Origin: an uncultured Oscillibacter sp.
GTDB taxonomy: Bacteria; Bacillota; Clostridia; Oscillospirales; Oscillospiraceae
Direction: 5' to 3'
NCBI GenBank assembly: GCA_910587705.1
Contig: CAJUMX010000010.1
Coordinates: 53,130-117,129, forward strand
Length of the DNA stretch: 64,000 bases
The translations under genes were made by a program, and so were the position numbers. The notes below the pieces were generated by a model that was not told the DNA's origin, did no database searches, and saw only the letters and a list, made by a program, of their open reading frames with translations. Each line of letters starts with the position of its first letter. Position 1 is the first letter of the stretch. Below are positions 38,136 to 47,203 of the stretch, piece after piece.

Positions 38136-39014
38136 TCAGCAGGACGCCAGCAAAGCCTCCAGCTCCTCCCGGGAAAAACGCTGGACGTTGTCGCAGAAGC
38201 GGCAGGTCAGCTCCGCGCTCCCCTGCTCGTCGATCATGGCCCGCAGTTCCTCCCGGCCCAGGCTGATGAGGGCCCGCTCCATCCGCTCCCGGCTGCAATC
38301 ACAGCGGTACGCGATGGGCCGCTTCTCCAGCACCTCCAGCGCAAGGCCCGGCAGGGCCGCGCGGAGCAGGGCCTCCGGGTCTGGGTCGGCCTTCAAAAGC
38401 TCCGTCACCGGCCCGGCGGCGCGTAAAGAAGCCTCCAGCCGCTCCGCCGTCTCCTCTCCCGCGCCGGGGAGGAGCTGGACTAAATACCCTCCGGCGGAGA
38501 GGACGCTCTGGTCCCGGTCCACCAGCACCCCCAGGCCGCAGGCCGTGGGAATCTGCTCGGACTCCACGAAATAGAGGGCGATGTCCTCGGCAATCTCCCC
38601 CCAGAGAAGGCCCACGCTGCCCACATAGGGCTCCTTCATCCGCAGGTCCCGAATCACCGTCAGGGTGCCCTGGTTCCCCACGGCCTCGCCCACGTCCAGC
38701 TTTCCGTCCTCCCGCAGGGGGATGTCCACGGCGGGGTGTTCCACCGTGCCCCGGGCGTTGCCCTCGTGGTCCGACACCGCCAGCAGGGTCCCTAAGGGAC
38801 CGCCGCCCTTGATTTGCAGGGTGAGGCTGGCGGCCTCCTCCTTTAGGGCGTTGCCCATCATGGAGGCCCCTGCCAAAAGGCGGCCCAGGGCCGCCGTGGC
38901 CACCGGCAGGGTCTTGTGAATCTGCCGGGCCCGCTCCGTCAGGTCCCGGGTGGACACGGCGGAGACTTTAATCAGGCCGTCCTGGGAGATGGCCCGGATC
39001 AATTGGTCGCTCAT
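38136..39014 (-). CDS. hslO: Hsp33 redox chaperone
   Basis: ATAALGR, ESEQIP, CDCS and CRFC zinc motifs. Confidence 0.96.
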   Translation of the reverse strand: MSDQLIRAISQDGLIKVSAVSTRDLTERARQIHKTLPVATAALGRLLAGASMMGNALKEEAASLTLQIKGGGPLGTLLAVSDHEGNARGTVEHPAVDIPLREDGKLDVGEAVGNQGTLTVIRDLRMKEPYVGSVGLLWGEIAEDIALYFVESEQIPTACGLGVLVDRDQSVLSAGGYLVQLLPGAGEETAERLEASLRAAGPVTELLKADPDPEALLRAALPGLALEVLEKRPIAYRCDCSRERMERALISLGREELRAMIDEQGSAELTCRFCDNVQRFSREELEALLASC

Positions 39015-39031
39015 GGTTCAAACTCCTTGCT

Positions 39032-39769
39032 TCAACAGCATTGAAATTGCCAGCGGTCCTCGTTGAGCCTCGGGGGCTTGTCCGTCAGGTCCCCCGTCAG
39101 AAGGACGGAGGAAAAGCCCGCCTCGCCCAGGGCCTCCCGCAAAAACGCCTCGCTCCAGGCCCGCTCCCGGTGCTCTTCAAAGGAGCGGTCCCAGGCCCCA
39201 TCGGGCCGGAGGCGGAACAGGTCCACCTGATAGGTGCAGATCTGCTTTTTCTCGGAAAAGAAGGTCCGCCACACGCAGCAGCTCTCCTCCGTCTCGTCCA
39301 TGTAGAGCTGCCCGTCCATCCGCCGGAGCTTGTAGGGGGTGTTCACGTCGAAGAGGAACCACCCTCCTGGCTTGAGCCAGCGACGGACATGGCGAAAGGT
39401 CTCCTTCAAATCCCGCTCCGCCGTCAGGTAGTTCAGGGAGTCCAGGGTGGAGACCACCGCGTCCACCGGCTGGGCCAGACGGAGCCTGGGCATGGCCTGG
39501 TGGAGGAACAGGGGAGGGCGCTCCAGGCCCGCCGCCTTGGCCGCCGCCTGGGTCAGCATCTCCTCGGACCCGTCGGTGGCGAGGACCTGATAGCCCTTCT
39601 TCGCCAGAAGGCAGGCGATGGTCCCCGTGCCGCAGGCCAGGTCCAGCACCGTCTCCACGGGGATGGGGCTTTTGCGGAGCCGCCGCGCAAGAAACGCCGC
39701 CCGGCGGCGGTAGGACCCGTCGGCCATGAGGCCGTCGTAGCTGGCGGCCAGGGCGTCATAGGCACTCAT
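39032..39769 (-). CDS. Class I SAM-dependent methyltransferase
   Basis: VLDLACGTG, DSLNYL, LKPGGWFLFD. Confidence 0.92.
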   Translation of the reverse strand: MSAYDALAASYDGLMADGSYRRRAAFLARRLRKSPIPVETVLDLACGTGTIACLLAKKGYQVLATDGSEEMLTQAAAKAAGLERPPLFLHQAMPRLRLAQPVDAVVSTLDSLNYLTAERDLKETFRHVRRWLKPGGWFLFDVNTPYKLRRMDGQLYMDETEESCCVWRTFFSEKKQICTYQVDLFRLRPDGAWDRSFEEHRERAWSEAFLREALGEAGFSSVLLTGDLTDKPPRLNEDRWQFQCC

Positions 39770-40062
39770 AACGGCTTGTCTTTCATCCGGGCGAAGAGCT
39801 GGGCATAGGCCCCGGTGCCGTAGTTCAGCGAGCGGTTCACCCGGCTGATGGTGGCGCTGGAGGCGCCGGTGCGCTCTAAAATCTCGTTGTAGATCATGCC
39901 GTCGTCCAGCAGGGAGGCCACCTCGAAGCGCTGCTCCATGCTCCTAAGCTCCGCCACGGTGCAAAGGTCCTGAAAAAACTGATAGCACTCCTCCTCATCC
40001 CGGAGCTGCAAAATGGCCCTGTAGAGCTGTCCGCTTTTTTCTTTTTTGCCGATCTTCACCAT
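39766..40062 (-). CDS. YerC/YecD TrpR-related regulator
   Basis: ECYQFFQDLCT..E...EQRFEVA...TGASSATISRVNRSLNYG. Confidence 0.92.
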   Translation of the reverse strand: MVKIGKKEKSGQLYRAILQLRDEEECYQFFQDLCTVAELRSMEQRFEVASLLDDGMIYNEILERTGASSATISRVNRSLNYGTGAYAQLFARMKDKPL

Positions 40063-40222
40063 GAGACCTCCTGTCGTTGATTTCAGCACCTCTATTTTAA
40101 CCTTTCAGAGCGTGAAAGTAAAGGGGGCTTTTGGGGAAAATTTCGGGAAAAACGCCCTCCCTTGTCACCGCCTCCCCCTCCGGCGCATAGGCTGGAGAAA
40201 TACGGGGAGAGGAGCGGTGGCT

Positions 40223-40900
40223 GTGGGAGAGCGTCTGGCCCTGAAAACGGAGCCCTTCGCGGCGGAGCGGGAGTGGACGGTGGAGGGCGTGCCGGTGCTG
40301 TCGGCCCTGGCCCAGGTGCCGGAGCCGGAGGGGAAGGACCGGACGGCCCGGCGGATCAAGCGCTTTTATCAATTGCAGTGCCGCGCGTTCCTGCGCTACT
40401 GCGAGCGGTGCCTGTTCCCCCAGGCGGCAGCGGAGTACCGGGCGGCCCTGGAGGCCAGCCGTCCCCTGCCCGCCTTTCGGGCGGAGCTTTCTTACCAGGT
40501 GACCTACCACGAGGGGGGCCTTTGGAGCCTCTACACCCAGACCCGGGAGACCCTGGGCCCGGGCCCGGCCCTGGTGACCCGGCGGGGGGACACCTGGGAT
40601 TTGGCGGCGGGCTATCCCGTGCCGCTAAAGGACTTCTTCCCCGCCGGGGCGGCCTGGAAAAAGCGAATTCTCCGCCACGCGGAGGAGGAGGTCCGGCGGC
40701 GGGAGCGGGCCGGGGCGAGCCGCTGGCGAGAGGACTGGCGGCGCCAGCTCCGGCGGCGGTTCAACCCCCAGAACTTCTACTTAACGGCGGAGGGCCTGGC
40801 CTGCTTCTGGCCCATGTACGCCATCGCCCCGGCGTCGGAGGGGGTGCCGGTGTTTTTGCTGCCTTATGAGGAGGGGCTGTCGCCGGGGACAAGGGGATGA
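40223..40900 (+). CDS. DUF3298/RsiV-like protein
   Basis: TWDLAAG..L.DFF, NFYLT...FWPMYAIAP...G.P; GTG start after GGAG. Confidence 0.7.
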   Translation: MGERLALKTEPFAAEREWTVEGVPVLSALAQVPEPEGKDRTARRIKRFYQLQCRAFLRYCERCLFPQAAAEYRAALEASRPLPAFRAELSYQVTYHEGGLWSLYTQTRETLGPGPALVTRRGDTWDLAAGYPVPLKDFFPAGAAWKKRILRHAEEEVRRRERAGASRWREDWRRQLRRRFNPQNFYLTAEGLACFWPMYAIAPASEGVPVFLLPYEEGLSPGTRG

Positions 40901-41100
40901 CCGGCGTCGTCCTGCGGGCAGGTTCCCAGCTCGCTGGGGGTGATTTCATAGTGCCAGTGGTTCAGGAATTTGCAGATTCGCTGGATGGCCTCTTTCTCGT
41001 CACGGCTGCTTTGAATCATCCAGGCCACGCCGTGGCAGACCAGCATGGACTCCTTCGTGACGGGGGCCTGGGATTCAAAAAGAGGGCTAGGGAGGGGCAT
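40864..41100 (-). CDS. Small hypothetical protein divergent from XRE pair (cassette 4)
   Basis: GGAGG RBS, MPLPSPLFE...EKEAIQRICKFL; AT-rich divergent spacer. Confidence 0.55.
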   Translation of the reverse strand: MPLPSPLFESQAPVTKESMLVCHGVAWMIQSSRDEKEAIQRICKFLNHWHYEITPSELGTCPQDDAGHPLVPGDSPSS

Positions 41101-41200
41101 GGCGTAACCTCCAGAGGCGGTGTTATTAGATATACATAATAAAAATAGCATAAAATATCCGTATGATCAAGATGTATTTTAATAGCCTACGGAGTATTTT

Positions 41201-41437
41201 ATGAAGCGAAGCACGCCCATAAACCGCAACATTGGTGCGAAGGTCCGGTATTACCGTATGGAACGTGGTCTGACCCAAAAGGAGCTTGCCGCCCGCCTCC
41301 AAGTCATCGGCTGTGATATTACGGAAACGATGGTGGGTCAAATTGAAATTGGATACCGGATGGTTTCGATTTTTGAAATCGACAAGCTGACCGAGGTTCT
41401 GCAAGTGGACTACAACGCCCTGTTTGCCCAGGATTGA
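41201..41437 (+). CDS. XRE-family HTH regulator, tandem copy 1
   Basis: IGAKVRYYR..RGLTQKELAARLQ...IEIGYR. Confidence 0.92.
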   Translation: MKRSTPINRNIGAKVRYYRMERGLTQKELAARLQVIGCDITETMVGQIEIGYRMVSIFEIDKLTEVLQVDYNALFAQD

Positions 41438-41547
41438 GGGCGTGGCCCGGGGAAACGGGCCGCCGTGGGCGGCGGCCCCTACAAGGTGGTCTACCGGGAG
41501 AAGGGCTCTATCATCAAGGAAAACTTACGATGTATATGGAGTGTTCT

Positions 41548-41784
41548 ATGAAGCGGAGTACCCCTATGGGCCGGAATATTGGCGCGAAGGTCCAGCATTA
41601 CCGGAAGCGGATGGGCTTGACGCAGAAGGAATTGGCGGCCCGGCTACAGGTGAACGGCTGTGATTTATCGGAGACCATTGTTGGGCATATAGAGACTGGG
41701 CACCGGGCTGTCTCCGTTTTTGAGATTGACAAATTAGTTGAGGTCCTCCATGTGGACTACAATGCCCTGTTTGCCCAGGATTGA
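41548..41784 (+). CDS. XRE-family HTH regulator, tandem copy 2
   Basis: Same 78-aa length, 60/78 identical to copy 1 by hand alignment. Confidence 0.92.
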   Translation: MKRSTPMGRNIGAKVQHYRKRMGLTQKELAARLQVNGCDLSETIVGHIETGHRAVSVFEIDKLVEVLHVDYNALFAQD

Positions 41785-41789
41785 GGGCG

Positions 41790-42171
41790 GGGCCCGGGGA
41801 AACGGGCCGCCGAGGGCGGCGGCCCCTACGAGATGGTCTATCGATAGAAGGGCAGTCCCGGAAAAGGGTGGACAGTTACCCCCTACCACCAGATGAGCGG
41901 CAGCGAAAAGGGGAGCTGGTCCATTCGGTGAAGGACAAACCCCCGCTCAATCCAATTGCGCGTGGGAAGTCATTCCGGCTCCGCCGATCATTCAGCCGCG
42001 CCCCCGCGTCGTCCCCCGTTACTTCTTTTTCTCTTTTGGACCGTGCACGGCCCGTTTTCTTTTTTTCTTCTGGAAGAAAAAGAGAAAATGGGGGGTGCAT
42101 TGCCCAGCTAGCATCCTAGCTGAATCCCCCCCGCCCGAAGGGCGAGTACCACCCTCCCCCTGTGCGGGGGG
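41790..42171 (-). repeat. Repeat family A copy 5 preceded by GTAG-REP module
   Basis: Same orientation and core as copies 2 and 4; extension shared with copy 6. Confidence 0.9.
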
Positions 42172-42228
42172 CCACAAAAAGAGACAGCCCATTCCGAGCT
42201 GTCTCTTTTTCTGTCGAAAGACCGAATC

Positions 42229-43617
42229 TCACTTCACTGCCTTCACCACTAGCCGGGTCAAGGCAAAGAGGCCAATGGCGTTGGGAATGACCATTAGGTT
42301 ATTGAACATATCCGACAGCTCCCACACCAGGTCGTTGGAGGCCAGGGTACCCAGGAAGATGAATACCAGGGCAATCAGCGTATAGACCACGATGGACTTC
42401 CGTCCGAAGAGGTAAGTCATGTTGATCTTGCCGAAGAGGTTCCACCCCAGAATGGTGGAGAAGGCGAAGAAGAACAGGCAGACGGCCACAAACATGGCCC
42501 CCAGATTCTCCCCAAACACCACGCCGAAGGCCGTCTGGGCCAGGTTGGCCTTGCCGATGACCTCGGTGACGGAGCCGGTATACCCGCCCGCCAAGGGGCC
42601 GCCCTCGGTGTAGAGGGTGGAGATAATCACCAGGGCGTTGAGGGTCAGCACCACGAAGGTGTCAATGAACACGCCGATCATGGCCACCACGCCTTGATCG
42701 TGGGGGCAGGAGACGTTCGCCAACGCATGGGCGTGGGGAGTGGAGCCCATGCCGGCCTCGTTGGAAAAGAGGCCCCGCTTCGCGCCCTGGCTCAGGGCGA
42801 TTTTCAGCGCCGCGCCAAAGCCGCCGCCCAGGATGGCCTGGGGCTGGAAGGCGTACTGGAAGATCATGGCCACCGTGGCGGGGAGGTACTTGGCCCGGAC
42901 CACCAGCACCACCAGGCCGCCCAGAACGAAAAGGGCCGCCATGATGGGGACGATCTTCTCCGTGACGGAAGCCAGGCGCTGCACGCCGCCCAGGAAGATC
43001 ACGCCGCAGATGACCACCAGAAGGACCCCGATGATCCAGGAGGGCACGCCAAAGGCGGTCTGGAAGGTGGAGCCGATGGAGTTGGACTGGACCATGCAGC
43101 CGAAGAAGCCCAGAGCCAAAATGATGGCGATGGAGAAGAAGCCCGCCAGGAACTTGCCAAAGGCCCCCTGGAAAGCCGTGGTGATGTAGTACACGGGACC
43201 GCCCTGGATGTTGCCGTCTTTGTCCTTCACCCGGGTCTCCTGGGCCAGCACGGCCTCGGAGTAGATGGTGGCCATGCCGAAGAAGGCGATAATCCACATC
43301 CAGAAGATGGCCCCGGGGCCGCCGGTGAGAATCGCGCCGGAAGCGCCCACGATGTTGCCGGTGCCCACCTGGGCGGCAATGGCGGTGGCCAGGGCCTGGA
43401 AGGAGCTCATGCCCCCCTCATGCCGCCCGCCGGAGAGGGAGAGGTTGCCAAACACCTTCCCCATGCCCTCGCCAAAGCAGCGGATTTGGACAAAACGGGT
43501 CTTGATGGAGAACCAGAGGCCCACCGCGATGAGCAGGCCCACCAGGATATAGTCCGAAAGATAGGCGTTGATGGTCTGCACGATGGGCAAAAGCGTGGTC
43601 TGCACTTGCTGTAACAT
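42229..43617 (-). CDS. Alanine/glycine:cation symporter (AGCS)
   Basis: AQVGTGNI, GGPGAIFWMW, KRGLFSNEAGMGS; start MLQQVQ after AGGAGG. Confidence 0.95.
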   Translation of the reverse strand: MLQQVQTTLLPIVQTINAYLSDYILVGLLIAVGLWFSIKTRFVQIRCFGEGMGKVFGNLSLSGGRHEGGMSSFQALATAIAAQVGTGNIVGASGAILTGGPGAIFWMWIIAFFGMATIYSEAVLAQETRVKDKDGNIQGGPVYYITTAFQGAFGKFLAGFFSIAIILALGFFGCMVQSNSIGSTFQTAFGVPSWIIGVLLVVICGVIFLGGVQRLASVTEKIVPIMAALFVLGGLVVLVVRAKYLPATVAMIFQYAFQPQAILGGGFGAALKIALSQGAKRGLFSNEAGMGSTPHAHALANVSCPHDQGVVAMIGVFIDTFVVLTLNALVIISTLYTEGGPLAGGYTGSVTEVIGKANLAQTAFGVVFGENLGAMFVAVCLFFFAFSTILGWNLFGKINMTYLFGRKSIVVYTLIALVFIFLGTLASNDLVWELSDMFNNLMVIPNAIGLFALTRLVVKAVK

Positions 43618-43704
43618 ATGATGTTTCCCTCCTAAACGTAAAAAGGAACGGCTGAACGCCGCTCCGAACCCATAGACGGAAACACGTGCGGGCACGGTGC
43701 CCGC

Positions 43705-43850
43705 GTCCTTCCACTCCGTCCTTTTACCTGAGAGATTCGGCAGACGCTCCCACGCGCCGCCTTGCACCTTCGGTACCCGTTTCCGGGCTTCTCCAGAGCC
43801 GCATCCATCCCCGGTCTCTTGGCCCGAGGGCCTGTTTCCGGGGATTTCCT
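43705..43850 (-). ncRNA. Glycine riboswitch (single aptamer with upstream ghost hairpin)
   Basis: CTCTGGAGA..ACCGAAGGTGCAA...AATCTCTCAGGTAAAAGGACGGAG consensus upstream of AGCS gene. Confidence 0.9.
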
Positions 43851-43999
43851 GTGCCGTTATCCAATTTGGTATTACCTTAACACGCCCCGCCGCGATTGTC
43901 AATCGTGCATTTCCACAAAATGTCCGCAATATGGAGACGGATATTTTCTGGAGGCGGACAAAAAGACCGGGAACGCCATGCGCTCCCGGTCCCATTCGC

Positions 44000-44692
44000 T
44001 CACAGTTCCCGCACGGAGACCACTCCGGCGGTGGCCAGAATCTCCTGCTTCAGGTGCTCCACGTCCAGCCCCTTGTGGAGCCGCAGGGTGAAGATGGCGC
44101 AGGCGTTGTGCTCCTCGTTGGACTTGGAGTGAATGATCCCCATGTTGAGGATTTTCAGCCCGTGCTCCCGGAACTCCTGGAGCAGCACGTCCATGGTCTT
44201 GTTGTCGCTGTACTCCACGTAGAGGTTGACCTCCGGGGCGTTTTGCAGCATCCGGTACTCCACCCGAGAGAAGAAAAGCTCGGCAACGAGAATCAGGAAG
44301 GTGGCGAAGAGGCCCCCCTCGTAAAAGCCGCCGCCCAGGGTCAAGCCGATGATGGCCGCCGCCCAGAGGCCCGCCGCCGTGGTCAGGCCCTTCACCCGCT
44401 GGCGGCGGGTGACGATGATGGTGCCTGCGCCGATGAAGCCGATGCCCGCCACCACCTGTGCGCCCAGGCGGGCCATGTCGGTGTACTGGCCCAGGACCAG
44501 GTAGAGGTACTGGCTGGTCAGGGTGGTCATGGCCGCACCGAGGCAGATTAAAATATGGGTGCGGAAGCCCGCCGGGCGGCGTTTGTACTCCCGCTCGATG
44601 CCGATGACGCCGCCGCAGACAACCGCCAGGGTCATCCGCAGGGCCACGGACCAGATGGTCACGTCCCGCAGGCCGTCAAATAAAGTCAACAT
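44000..44692 (-). CDS. MgtC/SapB family protein
   Basis: IGIERE...PAGFRTH, AQVVAGIGFIGAG, GLTTAAGLW. Confidence 0.95.
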   Translation of the reverse strand: MLTLFDGLRDVTIWSVALRMTLAVVCGGVIGIEREYKRRPAGFRTHILICLGAAMTTLTSQYLYLVLGQYTDMARLGAQVVAGIGFIGAGTIIVTRRQRVKGLTTAAGLWAAAIIGLTLGGGFYEGGLFATFLILVAELFFSRVEYRMLQNAPEVNLYVEYSDNKTMDVLLQEFREHGLKILNMGIIHSKSNEEHNACAIFTLRLHKGLDVEHLKQEILATAGVVSVREL

Positions 44693-44713
44693 CCCATCTC
44701 TCCTCCTATCCGC

Positions 44714-45439
44714 TTAAATATCGTGGACGACATACACGTCCTCCAGCTCTGAGATGGAGGCCAGGATTTTGGCGTGGGTGCCCGGCCGGTTCATCCGCAG
44801 GGAGAAGATGGCGTTGGGGTGCTGGGAGGGGGTCTGCTTTCCGTGGTCCACCTCCACCTCGTAGATGGTCACGTCCTTGGCCTTGATCCGGTTGATGATT
44901 TCCGCCACGTTGTCCAGAGACTGGAACTCCACATAGATATTCATGTTTTTCGCGTTTTCCACAATGAACAGCTCCACCGCCGGAAGCAGGTGGACCACCA
45001 GGAAGATCAGAAGGAACGCCAGGCCCACGCACTCGTAGAACCCCGCGCCCACCGCCAGGCCCATACAGGCCGAGGCCCAGAGGCCCGCCGCCGTGGTCAG
45101 GCCCTTCACCTTCTGCTGGCCCGTCACCAAAATGGTGCCCGCGCCCAAAAAGCCGATGCCGTTGATGACCTGAGCGCCGAAGCGGCTGACGTCGGTGCGG
45201 ATGCCGATTTCCGCCGCCCGCTCCGCCCAGACGTGGTGCAGCATATAGGATTCGTACTGGCTCAACAGCATGGTCAGCGCCGCCGCCATGCACACCAGCA
45301 TATAGGTGCGAAAGCCCGCCGGGCGGTGCTTCCTGGCCCGCTCCAGGCCGATCATGCCGCCGCAGAACATGGCCAGGGTCAGCCGCAGCAGCACGGAGAC
45401 GGTGTTGATCTCCCGCAGGTAATCCAATTCGTGTAACAC
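44714..45439 (-). CDS. MgtC/SapB family protein
   Basis: IGLER...PAGFRTY, AQVINGIGFLGAG, GLTTAAGLW; GTG start. Confidence 0.95.
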   Translation of the reverse strand: MLHELDYLREINTVSVLLRLTLAMFCGGMIGLERARKHRPAGFRTYMLVCMAAALTMLLSQYESYMLHHVWAERAAEIGIRTDVSRFGAQVINGIGFLGAGTILVTGQQKVKGLTTAAGLWASACMGLAVGAGFYECVGLAFLLIFLVVHLLPAVELFIVENAKNMNIYVEFQSLDNVAEIINRIKAKDVTIYEVEVDHGKQTPSQHPNAIFSLRMNRPGTHAKILASISELEDVYVVHDI

Positions 45440-45480
45440 GTCCAGACGCTCCTCTCCGACTACATACCCCTTCCGGGCGT

Positions 45481-45614
45481 AAAGAAAAGGGAAGGAGCGG
45501 CGGAAACCGCTTCTTCCATCACCTGTTCAAAAGGGCCGGAAACGTTTGCGATGCGCCAACTACTCCGACCGCTGACTTGTAAGCTATTATAAACAGCCCG
45601 GGAAGCATTGTCAA
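45481..45614 (-). promoter_or_regulatory. Promoter plus attenuator-type leader of the mgtC pair
   Basis: TTGACA-17-TATAAT, then leader ending in GGAAGAAGCGG..CCGCTCCTTCC-CTTTTCTTT terminator before the RBS. Confidence 0.75.
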
Positions 45615-45739
45615 CGTTTTCCGCCTAAAAGAGCGGTTTTTTGGCGGGCCTGACAAATAGAAACCGGGGTTTTAGGCGTTTTGCCGGAGAGAAAAGGCGG
45701 GCAAATCGCCCGCCTATACGCAAACGTTGTCCTATCGGA

Positions 45740-46111
45740 TTACCGAATGACGGTAAAGTACAGCCAGAGGCCGAAGGGGATGAGGATTTGCAGGGCCAGA
45801 ATCAGGGGCACGCCGAACTTAAACACCTTGTGAAGGGTCTTGTGGTGAAAGACCCGCATGCCCAGAAGGGCCCCCACGCTGCCCCCGGCGACGGCCAGGA
45901 GGAGGAGGTTTTTCTCCGGAATCCGGCGGACGGTTTCCTTTTTCTCCTTCCGCTTGGCCTTCCACTTGTCCAGGCCGAAGGCCAGGAAGGCGGCGACGTT
46001 GATCAGCACCAGCCAAAGGGCCAGGAGGCCCCAGGGGGAGCCGATCACGACCCAGACAAAATCGTTATGTGCCTCCGGCTCATAGACGGCGGAGAGAAGG
46101 GAGAGATTCAT
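45740..46111 (-). CDS. DUF1294 membrane protein
   Basis: FGLDKWKAK...RIPEKNL...GGSVGALLGM.VFHHKT. Confidence 0.9.
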   Translation of the reverse strand: MNLSLLSAVYEPEAHNDFVWVVIGSPWGLLALWLVLINVAAFLAFGLDKWKAKRKEKKETVRRIPEKNLLLLAVAGGSVGALLGMRVFHHKTLHKVFKFGVPLILALQILIPFGLWLYFTVIR

Positions 46112-46236
46112 ATAAGTACACCTCATTTCGGGGAATCAAGCCTGTGCTGAAATGGGCAATGGCCTGACCTGGGGGGCCAGGCCCCACAGGAAAATAGACC
46201 GGCTGGATTTCCAGCCGGTCCATTGTAGCACAGGTT

Positions 46237-47166
46237 TCAGTTCTTGGCAAGTCCCGCCAGCTCCACCGCCGTCTTGGCGGCGAGGCGGGCATTGTTGTAC
46301 ACCAGCTGGATGTTGCTGTCCAGGGAGCTGCCGCCGGTGAGCTCCTTGATCTTCGCCAGCAGGAAGGGGGTGGTCTCCTTGCCGTGGATGCCCTTGGCCT
46401 TGGCCTCTTCCACCGCGTCGGAGATGGCCTTTCCGATGACGTCCGCGTCCATGGAGTACTCCTCCGGGATGGGGTTCGCCACCAGCATGCCGCCCACCAG
46501 GCCCATGTCCTGCTTCACATAGAAGGACTTGGCCAGATCGGCGGGGGTGTCGATGCGGTAGTCCACGCCGAAGCCGGACTTCCGGGTGTAGAAGGCGGGA
46601 AGCTCCTCGGTGCCATAGCCGATGACGGGCACGCCGTGGGTCTCCAGGTACTCCAGGGTCAGCCCCAGGTCCAAAATGGACTTAGCTCCGGCGCAGACCA
46701 CCATGACGGGGGTCCGGGCCAGCTCCTCCAGGTCGGCGGAGATGTCCATGGTGGTCTCGGCTCCCCGGTGTACGCCGCCGATGCCGCCGGTGGCAAAGAC
46801 CTGGATGCCCGCCATGTGGGCGATGATCATGGTGGTGGTGACGGTGGTGGCTCCGTCCCGTCCCTGGGCCACCAGGATGGGGAGATCCCGGCGGCTGGCC
46901 TTGGCCACGCCCGCGCCGGTCTTGCCGAGATAATCAATCTCCTCGGGGGAGAGGCCCGCCTTCAAGCGGCCGCCCAGCACGGCGATGGTGGCGGGGACGG
47001 CGCCGTTTTCCCGGATGATGGCCTCCACCTTCAGGGCGGTTTCCACGTTCTGGGGATAGGGCATGCCGTGGGAGATGATGGTGGATTCCAGGGCCACCAC
47101 CGGCTTTCCGGCTTCCAGGGCTTCCTTGACTTCGGGGGCGACGTCCAGATACTTGTTCATGTTCAT
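46237..47166 (-). CDS. psuG: Pseudouridine-5'-phosphate glycosidase
   Basis: VVALESTIISHGMPYPQN, ATGGIGGVHRG, DISADL. Confidence 0.96.
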   Translation of the reverse strand: MNMNKYLDVAPEVKEALEAGKPVVALESTIISHGMPYPQNVETALKVEAIIRENGAVPATIAVLGGRLKAGLSPEEIDYLGKTGAGVAKASRRDLPILVAQGRDGATTVTTTMIIAHMAGIQVFATGGIGGVHRGAETTMDISADLEELARTPVMVVCAGAKSILDLGLTLEYLETHGVPVIGYGTEELPAFYTRKSGFGVDYRIDTPADLAKSFYVKQDMGLVGGMLVANPIPEEYSMDADVIGKAISDAVEEAKAKGIHGKETTPFLLAKIKELTGGSSLDSNIQLVYNNARLAAKTAVELAGLAKN

Positions 47167-47203
47167 GATGTTGACCTCCAAAAATATATGAATTTGAGAT
47201 GGA

